NCBI GenBank assembly: GCA_016938065.1
Contig: JAFGVI010000063.1
Span: forward strand, 2,623 to 66,622
Origin: Deltaproteobacteria bacterium
Lineage (GTDB): Bacteria > Desulfobacterota > Anaeroferrophillalia > Anaeroferrophillales > Tharpellaceae
Direction of reading: 5' to 3'
Length of the DNA: 64,000 bases
A program made the position numbers and the translations under genes. Position 1 is the stretch's first letter; each line of letters starts with the position of its first letter. Below are positions 17,367 to 26,958 of this stretch, one piece after another. The notes beneath the pieces are model-generated. The model did no database searches, was not told where the DNA came from, and saw only the letters and a list, made by a program, of their open reading frames with translations.

Positions 17367-18266
17367 ATGAGTAAGCAAAAGAGAAAATTATTCTGGTTCG
17401 GGCTTGCCGCGCTCGTCATCGGGGCTCTGGGTCTTGGAGCCTGCAAAACTTCAGTAGGCCTGAAATTCAGTCACCGCTTTCATATTGTCGAACAGGAAGC
17501 AAGCTGTGATCAGTGTCATAAAAAAGGCGACAACGGCAACTTTCTTGCCGCCACGATGGCTGACTGTCAGGAGTGTCACGAGTTTAATCCGGAGGAACCA
17601 TCTGAAGCATGTCTCCTCTGTCACACCCCGGAGAGTGCAACTAAGGATTACGCCATTGAAAAATCAGAAAAACCAGCCAAATACGCTGACCTGATTTTCA
17701 GTCATGAGCCGCACGCCGACTTCAACTGTGACAGCTGTCATAAATCTTCAAGCAAAGATTTCGACCTGAACAACAGCCCGCTGATGACAACATGTATCAG
17801 CTGTCACACAAAACAGGGTGCGCCGCAGGAGTGTGAAGCCTGCCACAAGGTCATCAGAGCTGAACAAGCGCCGGAAAGCCATGCGCAGGATTGGGAAAGT
17901 AGACACGGCTTCGCCAGCCGGCTCTCCAACAGTTGCGCGTATTGCCATCCGAACCGCCAGGCCTTCTGTGAAAAATGCCACCAGACTGAGAAACCCAAAG
18001 ACCACATCTTCAGCTGGAAGACCACAGGGCACGGAGTTGAGGCCAGCCATGACCGGCGGATCTGCGCCACCTGCCACACGGCAGGTTACTGTATCGATTG
18101 CCATAAGCATCAGAAGCCGGTTTCGCATTTTACCGGAGACTGGATGGCTTACCAGAGAGAAAACGGGCATGCTGAAGCGGCGCGCCGTAATTTCCGCAGC
18201 TGCAACGTCTGCCATGAAACCGGAGAATGCATGAAATGTCACAAAGGCATAATTTTAAGAAAGTAG
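17367..18266 (+). CDS. Dodecahaem c-type cytochrome lipoprotein (c7-like repeat units)
   Basis: 12 CXXCH motifs by my count: CDQCH, CQECH, CLLCH, CDSCH, CISCH, CEACH, CAYCH, CEKCH, CATCH, CIDCH, CNVCH, CMKCH. Lipobox LGLGAC. FSHRFH / FSHEPH segments resemble cytochrome c7. Confidence 0.9.
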   Translation: MSKQKRKLFWFGLAALVIGALGLGACKTSVGLKFSHRFHIVEQEASCDQCHKKGDNGNFLAATMADCQECHEFNPEEPSEACLLCHTPESATKDYAIEKSEKPAKYADLIFSHEPHADFNCDSCHKSSSKDFDLNNSPLMTTCISCHTKQGAPQECEACHKVIRAEQAPESHAQDWESRHGFASRLSNSCAYCHPNRQAFCEKCHQTEKPKDHIFSWKTTGHGVEASHDRRICATCHTAGYCIDCHKHQKPVSHFTGDWMAYQRENGHAEAARRNFRSCNVCHETGECMKCHKGIILRK

Positions 18267-18328
18267 TAAACCATAAAATCACTTATTTATTGAATGTTGC
18301 AAATATTTTAACCTTCGGAGGTAGCTCG

Positions 18329-21300
18329 ATGAAAAAACTTATCCCCATTATCCTGGGGGCCTTCCTCATGGCCCTCGCCCCGTTGCTGGCAAGTGCGGCA
18401 CATCCCCCGGTAGTGCTTTACGATACGCAGGGCAACCGCATTATCGACCAGTTGAACGATGCTGATACCACAACGGCAGTCAGTGGCGCAGTGTACAAAC
18501 AGGGCCCGGCATACAGCCCCAAACAGACCTGCGGCAAGTGCCATGACTACAACTCAATCACTAAAGCCTACCACTTCCGCGAAGGAACTACCCCCGGGGT
18601 TAACGGCGGTATAAGCGATACCTGGGTGAGCGAAAACAAAGATAACAATCTGCAGAAATATCTGACCCATGCCTACGGCCATCTGTTGAGTCCCGGCCAG
18701 TTTGGAGCGTGGTGACCCCCCTCCTACCGCCAGTTGGCGGCAAAAGGAGTTCGCGGCAGCAAGAATGCAACATTCACTTCGGAAGGAAAACCTTACTTTT
18801 TTGATATGGGCGCTGCTGACCATATGACCGTCTGTTATTCCTGTCATCCTGGCGGCGGCCCGGTTGAAGGTGTGGTCAACAGTGATAATACGGTAACCCA
18901 GTTTACCGACGAAAATCTCGCTCCGCTCCATACCTATGACCGTGATTTCTACGGCTACGATTCAAATGATCTGGTCAAAGCCCTCTATGGCGCCGACATG
19001 ACCTCAACCGCTTCCATAGCTGACACCATGTCTGACATCGGCGAGCCCCGCCCCCATGACTGGAGCAAATCCGGGGTTATGGAAGCCGATTGCCTGCTCT
19101 GCCATGTCGACCCTGAAAGCAGCTACGCCTATCAGGCGGCTGACGGTCTCAAGGTTCAGCCTTTTCGTCCGCGCTTGATGATTTTTGCCGATCGTGACCC
19201 CCAGACCCAGAAAGTCCAGGAGATTTCACTGGGCATGCCGACCAGAGTAGGGCTCGAAAACAGCACAGCCATGAACTATACCGACGGAGCTCAGCGAATG
19301 GGCCGCCCGACCCCGTTTATGGCGCTGGCGCATCTGCCCAAGGAGATCGTCGGCGAAATGATGCAGATGTGGGTTGATGGTCTACAGCAGATACAATCCA
19401 GCGGAGTACAGCTGCCGTACGCACTGTATGGCCAGAACGTCATGAAAATCTGGGATCCGGCCACCGGCATGCTCAAATCCGAATATTGCGCCAACCCCAA
19501 TGGGGTAGCCGATGAAATGGGTCGTCTGCAGAACGCTCAGGCCGCTCTCGGTCAGTTCTTCATGGGCTTTCTTCAGTATTTTAAGGATAAAGGTCTGATG
19601 CCGCCGAACGGCGACATGAATATGCTGATGGGCATGATGTTCAACGACTTTATTTATGCCTATCAGATCAAATTCAACATGCCCGGCAGCGATATGTTTC
19701 TACCGGTACCCTACGGGCTCAGGGCCTATGAACCGGGAAAATTCTACTCCAACTGGGACAGCTGCGACGCCTCAGTACGTGACTTCGTCCGGGCCGGTGT
19801 CATTGAAGGCGAAGGCATCCCCTACACCGGCAAAGTTGGTGAAGAGTACAGCGGCGCAATGTACGCCATGGGTCTGGTCATGCAGGGCAACTATCAGTAT
19901 GTTGACCAAGCGACCGGACAGATTGATCTTTCACTGGTCATCAAGGATATTCAGGAAGGCAACATTCCCAACGGCATGGTCAGCCCCACTTTACACGAAC
20001 TCCTGCCCAGTTTTTTTGACATGATGCCGACCGCAAACCTCATGGGCCTTGATTTCAACCACGATGGCTCCCCCACATCCTACGTCAAAATCAACCGTAA
20101 CGGGGATGAATGGCAGGCTAAAGCCTATTACAATACCGGCGACCTCGACAGCAACGGTGCCATCCCCATGGCCGAAATGTTTGGCGGCGAAGCAGACATC
20201 AACAGCTCTAAATGGGTTAAGGTCTGCGGGCAGTGCCATGTCATGACCAAAGATCACGGCAACAGCGAATGGACCCGGGGCCGTACCTATATGCTGGGCA
20301 TGCCGGCAGACTGGGTTAAAAACGGCAACTACGTTAACTTTACGGATGATCGCGACGCCATCGGCTACGACGTGCATATGTCGAGTCAAAAAATCGGCTG
20401 TGGTGCCTGCCATCTGCGTACAACCGGTAATAATGAGAATAAACACAACTTCCTCAAAGGGGTTGATACCGCCCATATGGTGCGTAACGACCTCGACGCC
20501 AATCCTCGGCCCAAAAGTTGCGAGGGTTGTCATCTGGCCGGTGAAGATAGCCATGCTCCAAGCCCCATCGCCAAACACGAAGAGGTCTTCGGCGAGAATA
20601 CTGGACGTCATCTGGCAGTGGTTTCCTGTCAGGCCTGTCATACCCCGTATCGCAAAACCTGGCGGTTCCGGACTTTCGATGATACCTTGGGCTACTATGC
20701 CAACTTTGACAACCTGATGGGTTACAATGTTCTGGCGGATCAGCAGGCCGGCATCATGGGCGATGGTAAAGGTATGGCTTTCCCCGGCCCCGCCTATGCC
20801 CTGCAACCGGTATACGGGACATCACCCGGTTACGGTATCCCCCATTTCAATATGGTCAGTCAGCAGATTTCTGCTGATGGAAAGGGCATCCAGTCGATGG
20901 ATTTCGTCTCCCAGATGGTCAACTATTTCAATATGGATGGTGAAGCCGATCCCGGACATCTGGTCAACGGTATGCCGACCAACTTTAAATTTGATTTCTG
21001 GAACTATTTCCTCCAGATCAGCTATGAAGGCTACAAACAGATGGGCGTACCGCTTGACTATAATCCGCAGCAGCCCAATCTGAGCTTTCCACCGCTTTAC
21101 TATGCTAATGGCATCAACGGTTATCCGCAGGTCGTTATCGGCAACCCGATTACTGTTATGACCTGGGTTGATGTTAATCCGCAGCCTGATGCCGAAATGT
21201 CCGATCTGCCTTATGGCGGAGCCAAGGTCCTTTATATCAAAGAGCTTAACGCCACCGTCCAGGCATACAAACGGCCTATTCAGCTGAATATGATTTCACC

Positions 21301-22372
21301 GATGGAAATGGCCATGATTCCGGCCAACGACCCGACCTATGCTGAAAATCCCTATGTCGGCAAAGTTATCCTCAAAGACAGCGGCTATGTCATTTATGAT
21401 CATACCGGCGACATGTTTCCCGATATCTGGTGGGATGAGGATGTAAAAGCCGTCCAGGCCGCCCTAACCACCGTACTTAAATCAGAAGGTGAGACTGATC
21501 CGCATCCGGTGCTGTTTATTGCAGCTCACTATTTTTCGGATACACACGGGGTTAAACCGGCGGATGTCGCCCTTGGCGCCAAATCCTGTAATGACTGTCA
21601 CGGCAGCTCAGCTACTTCTGCCGGGGCCCATCGGGTCACCGACCGGAACATCGTCTATATGCCGTGGTCACCGCCCTGGTTTACTGAAGCAAACCGCTTC
21701 ATGCGCTACAACCCGGAAAGCGGCAAGATGGATATGAAGAACCCCGATGGACTCTTTCTTGTTGATGGTGAGGTTGACTATATTCAACCCATGGTAGCCA
21801 ACGGCCTACATTTTCTCGGCGCCAAGGCCGAAGATGTGCTTAAGTTGAGCCAGCATCATGCTGAAGAACTATTCAAGATGATGGGCGAAGGTACAGTGAC
21901 GGGCAACCAGATAGCGGATATTGATCCGAGCCTGTTGACTGTGGCCGAACAGAGTGCCACATACGTTAAACAGGTTGTAAACGGCCCGTGGATGGATAAG
22001 ATGTACTTTTATGTTCCCGCTGAACTTAAAAACCACCTTGAAGCCTGCGGCTTTACGGTCGGCAGCGAAGAGAGCGTCTATCTTGAAGGTCGGGGCTTTG
22101 CCAGCGTCCATCCGCTGCAGTACGAGTATGCCGAATCAAGCGAGCTCGGCTCGATCCTGCGTCTCCCCTTTGCCGGGGCGGAACCTGAAATCTGGAGTCT
22201 GGGTGAGGACGACACCTTCTACAAGTTTGATCATGAAGCCGAAGTCGTCGGCTATCAGGGCGGATATGTACTGGTCAAGGTTTATGAACCCGGTGAATAT
22301 ATCGCCGTTGAACAGGGTGCCGGCAGCGGTAATGCACTGCTGTATGACCTCTGGGGAGCTTTCTTTAAATAG
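18329..22372 (+). CDS. Giant secreted octahaem c-type cytochrome, read through one in-frame TGA (18713-18715). Candidate selenoprotein of 1347 codons, or alternatively a disrupted gene.
   Basis: RBS ggaggt at 18317 and ATG at 18329. Signal peptide MKKLIPIILGAFLMALAPLLASA and CGKCH lie before the TGA. The same frame continues without a stop from 18716 to 22372 with CYSCH, CLLCH, CGQCH, CGACH, CEGCH, CQACH and CNDCH. The downstream part has no ATG start, RBS or signal peptide of its own. Confidence 0.6.
18721..18749 (+). promoter_or_regulatory. SECIS-like stem-loop downstream of the in-frame UGA
   Basis: The upper hairpin CCGCC-AGUU-GGCGG (18727-18740) starts exactly 11 nt after the UGA. The lower stem is CUCCU (18721-25) / AGGAG (18745-49). 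There is a G-U in the apical loop. Confidence 0.5.
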
Positions 22373-22402
22373 TTCCTGAGTTAATTTAATCGTTAACCTG
22401 AT

Positions 22403-22448
22403 AGAGGGGGCATTTTCTTAGATCCGAAAATGTCCCCTCTATTTTTTT
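22403..22448 (+). terminator. Rho-independent terminator of the cytochrome operon
   Basis: 15-bp stem agagggggcattttc / gaaaatgtcccctct (one G-U pair), 8-nt loop, followed by attttttt. Confidence 0.8.
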
Positions 22449-22605
22449 GCCTGACAGAGATATCCCGGCTGAACAAGAATAAATATATAATACTGATGTT
22501 ATTCTTGCCAGTCGAGAGAAGCTGATGTATATATTGGGGGCAACCGTAAATTTGTGTTTAAAGTAATCGACCTTTGGTCAACTGTGAGCCGACGAGGACA
22601 AACCT

Positions 22606-23484
22606 ATGGAGAACAAACAACTGCTGACCACCAAAGAGATTGCGATTTATCTCAAAATCAACGAAAAAAAGATCTATCAGTTAATCCAGGAAGGCTCCAT
22701 TCCCTGCACCAGAGTGGTCGGCAAATGGCTTTTCCCCATGGCTCAGATCAATCGCTGGCTTGAGGAAAACACTGAATCAAGCAAAAATATTCTTGTCGCC
22801 GGCAGTGATGACCCCCTTTTGATTAACCTGATCGAGGAATTTAACCGGACATATTTTCCCCAATACCTTGCTTTTCATGCTTCGGTCGGCAGCCAGAAAG
22901 GGCTGATCTCTCTGGCTGAGGGCAAAGCCCAGATTGCCGGTGTTCACCTGTTTCATCCCCCTACCGGAGAATATAATCTTCCCTATATAAAAAAACATCT
23001 GGCCGGCAAGAAATATACGGTCATTAATCTGGCCTATCGCCGCCAGGGCCTTCTGCTTTCTCCGGGCAACCCTCACAACATTAAGAAGATTACAGACCTG
23101 ACCCGAAAAGAGATCCGTTTTATCAATCGCAACCCCGGCTCCGGCACGCGCTATCTTTTCGATTTCATGCTGGAAAAGGACAAAATTACCGCGAGCCAGA
23201 TAAATGGTTACATGACTGAACGAATGACCCATCTGGAAACCGCCCTGGAGATTCTCAAAGGTACAGCTGATGTCGGTATGGGACTCGAATATTCGGCCCA
23301 TCTTCTGAAATTAGACTTTATTCCTCTGATCGAGGAGCGATTTGATCTGGTAACCTTGAAAGAAGGCTTTACCGCCCATCCTCTCAAGGATTTCTTTGCC
23401 TTTCTTGAACCGGAAAAACTCACTCTGAAAACTGCCGCCTTCAAAGGTTATGATTTTAGAAATTGCGGGAGCAGCCTGATTTAA
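22606..23484 (+). CDS. Transcriptional regulator: excisionase/MerR-type HTH (HTH_17-like) fused to a periplasmic-binding-protein-like ligand domain
   Basis: The N-terminus LLTTKEIAIYLKINEKKIYQLIQEGSIPCTRVVGKWLFPMAQINRWL is a typical HTH_17. The remaining ~230 aa resemble the PBP-like domain commonly fused to it. Confidence 0.65.
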   Translation: MENKQLLTTKEIAIYLKINEKKIYQLIQEGSIPCTRVVGKWLFPMAQINRWLEENTESSKNILVAGSDDPLLINLIEEFNRTYFPQYLAFHASVGSQKGLISLAEGKAQIAGVHLFHPPTGEYNLPYIKKHLAGKKYTVINLAYRRQGLLLSPGNPHNIKKITDLTRKEIRFINRNPGSGTRYLFDFMLEKDKITASQINGYMTERMTHLETALEILKGTADVGMGLEYSAHLLKLDFIPLIEERFDLVTLKEGFTAHPLKDFFAFLEPEKLTLKTAAFKGYDFRNCGSSLI

Positions 23485-23770
23485 AACTCCGCCGCAAGCT
23501 TAAACACCTCCAGTGAACAGGTCGGGACACCGGTTCCGACTAACAGTTTCTCCATCCTACAAGAATACCTTCTTTCCGGGCATAAATTTGCGTAATAAAC
23601 GTGGGCCGACCTTACCCGAGTGCAAAGTTATACATCTAATAAAAATATTTTCACAAGCAAAATTTATATTGTATACGCACTAAATAAAATTTAGATCATT
23701 AAATTGTGTATTTATAGGTCAAGGTAAAGTAAAATTCTCTATTGCATGAGAATTCTCTTAAAAAAAATCC

Positions 23771-23798
23771 TTGCACTGGCCAAATTTCCTGCTATAGT
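23771..23798 (+). promoter_or_regulatory. Sigma70-type promoter candidate for the decahaem cluster
   Basis: TTGCAC (23771-76), 16-nt spacer, TATAGT (23793-98), within a very AT-rich 470-bp intergenic region. Confidence 0.35.
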
Positions 23799-23959
23799 CG
23801 AGCAGTAAGGTCAACTTAGACCAAGCAGATACACAATCAGTATAAAATATTTAAACATTACAGAACAGCCATCGTCCCATGCGTTTTCATCAACTGTTTC
23901 GAGTTCAACGATCAGCCTGAATAAATCAGGTTTAATATCAATAAAAAAGGAGGAACGTT

Positions 23960-25969
23960 ATGAAAAAGAGAAGATTTTCTTTTATTCTGGGGATTTTGGC
24001 TCTCTCTCTGCTCTTTGCAGCTCCTGCATTATCGGAAGATTCTTTCATGTTTAACCTGGACCTGATTTTTAATAAATGGATCAGCTCGGGACATGCCGAT
24101 GCCACATCGGAATCTTTCAACCACTGGAATGCTGAGGGCGAGGTTTCGACCAGCTGCGCCCGCTGTCACAGCAGTCCCGGCTACCTTGACTTTCTCGGGG
24201 CAGACGGCACTAAAGCCGGACAAGTCGATAAAGCCGCCCCCATAGGCACTGTTGTCGGCTGCCTCACCTGCCATAACGAAGAGGCCACCTGGCTTGATGA
24301 AGTGACTTTTCCTTCCGGAGCAACTATTCGCGGCCTGGGCTCTGAAGCCCGCTGTCTGGTCTGTCACCAGGGTCGGGAATCGGGCGCCAGCGTAGACGCA
24401 GCGATTACCGCGTCCGGCGTCGCCGATGACGACACCGTCAGCCGCTCTCTCGGTTTTATAAATATTCACTATTTTGCCGCCGCCGCAACCCAGTACGGAG
24501 CCCAGGCCCACAGCGGATACGAATATGCAGGCCAGAGTTACGACCTCAAATTTGATCATGTAGCCGGCTATGACACCTGCATCGGCTGTCACGATCAGCA
24601 TTCGCTCGAAGTCAGAATCAATGAAACTGTCCGCGGCAGTGAATGTAAAGACTGCCACGCCAAAGTTGCGACCTTTGCCGATCTGAAAAATATCCGCATG
24701 AACGGATCCATGGTCGATTATGACGGCGACGGCGACACCAGCGAAGGCATTGCCGGAGAGATCAGTACCTTGCAGGAAAAACTCTATACGACCGTTCAGG
24801 CTTATGCCTCCAACGTAATCGGCAGCCCGATTATCTACAACGGCCTGGCCTACCCTTACTGGTTTGTTGACGCAAACGGCAACGGCCTCGCTGATGCCGA
24901 TGAAACCAGCCGTTACGGTTCCTGGACGGCACGTCTGGTCAAAGCAACTTATAATTATCAGGCTTCCCTTAAAGATCCCGGAGCCTATGCTCACAACGCC
25001 AAATATGTCATTGAACTGCTTTACGATTCAATTGCCGACCTCAACAGTGCCCTGCCCGAAGCTGTAAAAATCGACATCAGTGCCCTGCACCGGGTTGACG
25101 GACCGCACTTTGACGGCTCCAAGGAGGCTTTCCGTCACTGGGACGCAGAGGGCGAAGTTTCGGCGAGCTGTTCAAAATGTCACGGCCGCTACGGGCTCGC
25201 AGAATTCCTCAACTACGGCAACGACCGTCCGACCGAACTTACGACTGACGGCATGGCCTGTATCAACTGTCACGGTCTTGACGCTGAAGGGCGCACCGCT
25301 TATACTGAAATCTGGGATACCGGCAAGGGCGTAGTTTTTCCTTCGGGCGCCGAAGTTTCTCTCGACAACAACAGTCAGCTCTGCATGAACTGTCATAGCG
25401 GTCGGGCTTTCGGCGGGACTGTCGTCGCAGCTAAATTCAGCAATATCCACTACTATCCTTCAGCGGCGGTTTTTTTCGGAGCCGATGTGCAAGGAGGCTA
25501 CGAATATGCCGGCAAGAGTTATGCGGGACAGAACCTCTACCCCAGCCACCCGGCCGACCTGAGCACCTGTACCGGCTGCCATATTCAGATGGACAACCGG
25601 ATCAAACATCAGTTCAAACCTTCACTTGATCTTTGTAACTGGTGCCATACCGGCGATTCATTTGAAGAACTGAGCGGCCGACCTAAAACTTATCACACTA
25701 GCCTGGCTAACCTGGCAGATCAACTTTACACTCAGATTCAAAGCTACGCTGCAGCTCACGGAATGACGGCAACACATCTGGAAAGCTATCCCTACTGGTC
25801 AGGCACCAACACTTGGGATATTAATGTCGCTGCCGCTGCCTATAACTATCAACTTTATCTTAAAGAACCAGCCGCTTACATGCATAACGGAGCCTATGTC
25901 GGTCAGTTACTCTACGATGCCATCGAAAATCTCGGCGGCACTCCGGCAGAAAACCGTCCCGCTAATTAA
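23960..25969 (+). CDS. Secreted decahaem c-type cytochrome built from two pentahaem halves (occupies the MtrC position)
   Basis: RBS aggagg. Signal peptide MKKRRFSFILGILALSLLFAAPALS with no lipobox Cys. 10 CXXCH motifs: CARCH, CLTCH, CLVCH, CIGCH, CKDCH, CSKCH, CINCH, CMNCH, CTGCH, CNWCH. Confidence 0.9.
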   Translation: MKKRRFSFILGILALSLLFAAPALSEDSFMFNLDLIFNKWISSGHADATSESFNHWNAEGEVSTSCARCHSSPGYLDFLGADGTKAGQVDKAAPIGTVVGCLTCHNEEATWLDEVTFPSGATIRGLGSEARCLVCHQGRESGASVDAAITASGVADDDTVSRSLGFINIHYFAAAATQYGAQAHSGYEYAGQSYDLKFDHVAGYDTCIGCHDQHSLEVRINETVRGSECKDCHAKVATFADLKNIRMNGSMVDYDGDGDTSEGIAGEISTLQEKLYTTVQAYASNVIGSPIIYNGLAYPYWFVDANGNGLADADETSRYGSWTARLVKATYNYQASLKDPGAYAHNAKYVIELLYDSIADLNSALPEAVKIDISALHRVDGPHFDGSKEAFRHWDAEGEVSASCSKCHGRYGLAEFLNYGNDRPTELTTDGMACINCHGLDAEGRTAYTEIWDTGKGVVFPSGAEVSLDNNSQLCMNCHSGRAFGGTVVAAKFSNIHYYPSAAVFFGADVQGGYEYAGKSYAGQNLYPSHPADLSTCTGCHIQMDNRIKHQFKPSLDLCNWCHTGDSFEELSGRPKTYHTSLANLADQLYTQIQSYAAAHGMTATHLESYPYWSGTNTWDINVAAAAYNYQLYLKEPAAYMHNGAYVGQLLYDAIENLGGTPAENRPAN

Positions 25970-26054
25970 AGGCTATTGATGGGCAGCCAGGGCCATCCCC
26001 ATTCCGGGATGGCCCTGTTTAACACAGGCCCGCAACCACAGAGGAGGAGAAGGG

Positions 26055-26945
26055 ATGCCCTTAAAAGAAAAAAACTGGCTCTGGCCATTACGACTAGGTC
26101 TTTTACTGGTGCTTTTTGGAGGCATCCTCCAAGCTTTGCCCGCCCAGGCCGCAGCCATCAGCTGTGGCGAATGTCACGATCAGATTACCACGGATTACGG
26201 CCACACTTATCATGGCCGAGCCGGACTCGCCCAGGGTTTCGACTGTCTCGCCTGTCACGGTCCGGACGAGCGCCATCTCAACGATCCCTCCCGGGAAAAT
26301 ATTGTCTCCTACGGCAAAAATTCAATTCAGACCATTACCGAGCAGAATCAGCTCTGCCTTGAGTGCCACAAGAGTACACCTGAGGTCTCTTTATGGGAGA
26401 TGAGTCGTCACTGCCACAATGACGTCGCCTGCGTCAACTGCCACAAGATCCACAGCCGCAACTCCAAGGTTAATGAACCCGCCGTCTGCTATACCTGCCA
26501 CCGCGACCTGCGCCTGGCTTTCAACAAGATCTCGCATCATCCTATTGTCGAAGGCAAAATCAAATGCAGTGACTGCCATAACAGCCATGGCACTTTAACC
26601 CCCAAAATGTTGACGGATGATGACTTAAACCAGCTCTGCTACCGCTGCCATGCCGAAAAACGCGGACCTTTTGCCTGGGAGCACCCACCGGTTTCTGAAA
26701 ACTGTGCTATCTGCCACGATCCGCACGGCAGCCGCCATGAAAAATTACTAAAAGATAAAGTCGCCAACCTCTGCCAGGACTGCCACAATGCCGATCTCCA
26801 TTCAAGCCGGGCCTACGATGCCGGATCCGGCTTCGCCAAGGCCAAACGGGCCGGCAGCATTGGTTTCGCCGGGCGCTCCTGTTTGAACTGCCACGGCAAT
26901 ATTCACGGCAGCACCCACTTTGAAAAACGCGCTTTTACGCGATAA
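26055..26945 (+). CDS. Periplasmic decahaem cytochrome, MtrA/DmsE family
   Basis: 296 aa with a signal peptide and 10 CXXCH motifs: CGECH, CLACH, CLECH, CVNCH, CYTCH, CSDCH, CYRCH, CAICH, CQDCH, CLNCH. Size and haem density are typical of MtrA/DmsE, and it immediately precedes a large barrel gene. Confidence 0.85.
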   Translation: MPLKEKNWLWPLRLGLLLVLFGGILQALPAQAAAISCGECHDQITTDYGHTYHGRAGLAQGFDCLACHGPDERHLNDPSRENIVSYGKNSIQTITEQNQLCLECHKSTPEVSLWEMSRHCHNDVACVNCHKIHSRNSKVNEPAVCYTCHRDLRLAFNKISHHPIVEGKIKCSDCHNSHGTLTPKMLTDDDLNQLCYRCHAEKRGPFAWEHPPVSENCAICHDPHGSRHEKLLKDKVANLCQDCHNADLHSSRAYDAGSGFAKAKRAGSIGFAGRSCLNCHGNIHGSTHFEKRAFTR

Positions 26946-26958
26946 AAGGGAGGCAGAG

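Noticed and set aside
18734-22372. Treating the 1212-aa heptahaem ORF as an independent gene starting at TTG 18734, and 18329-18715 as a separate small monohaem cytochrome.
   Set aside because: I do not favour this as the primary model. The downstream ORF has no ATG, no RBS and no signal peptide despite seven haem-attachment motifs. It is also in frame with the upstream ORF across a single TGA that has a SECIS-like hairpin. It stays the main alternative, along with a pseudogene, until Sec machinery or homolog alignments are checked.
25976-26362. A 128-aa ORF overlapping the start of the MtrA-like gene.
   Set aside because: It is Pro/Arg/Ser-rich and low-complexity, in a different frame from the decahaem ORF that carries 10 CXXCH motifs and a signal peptide.
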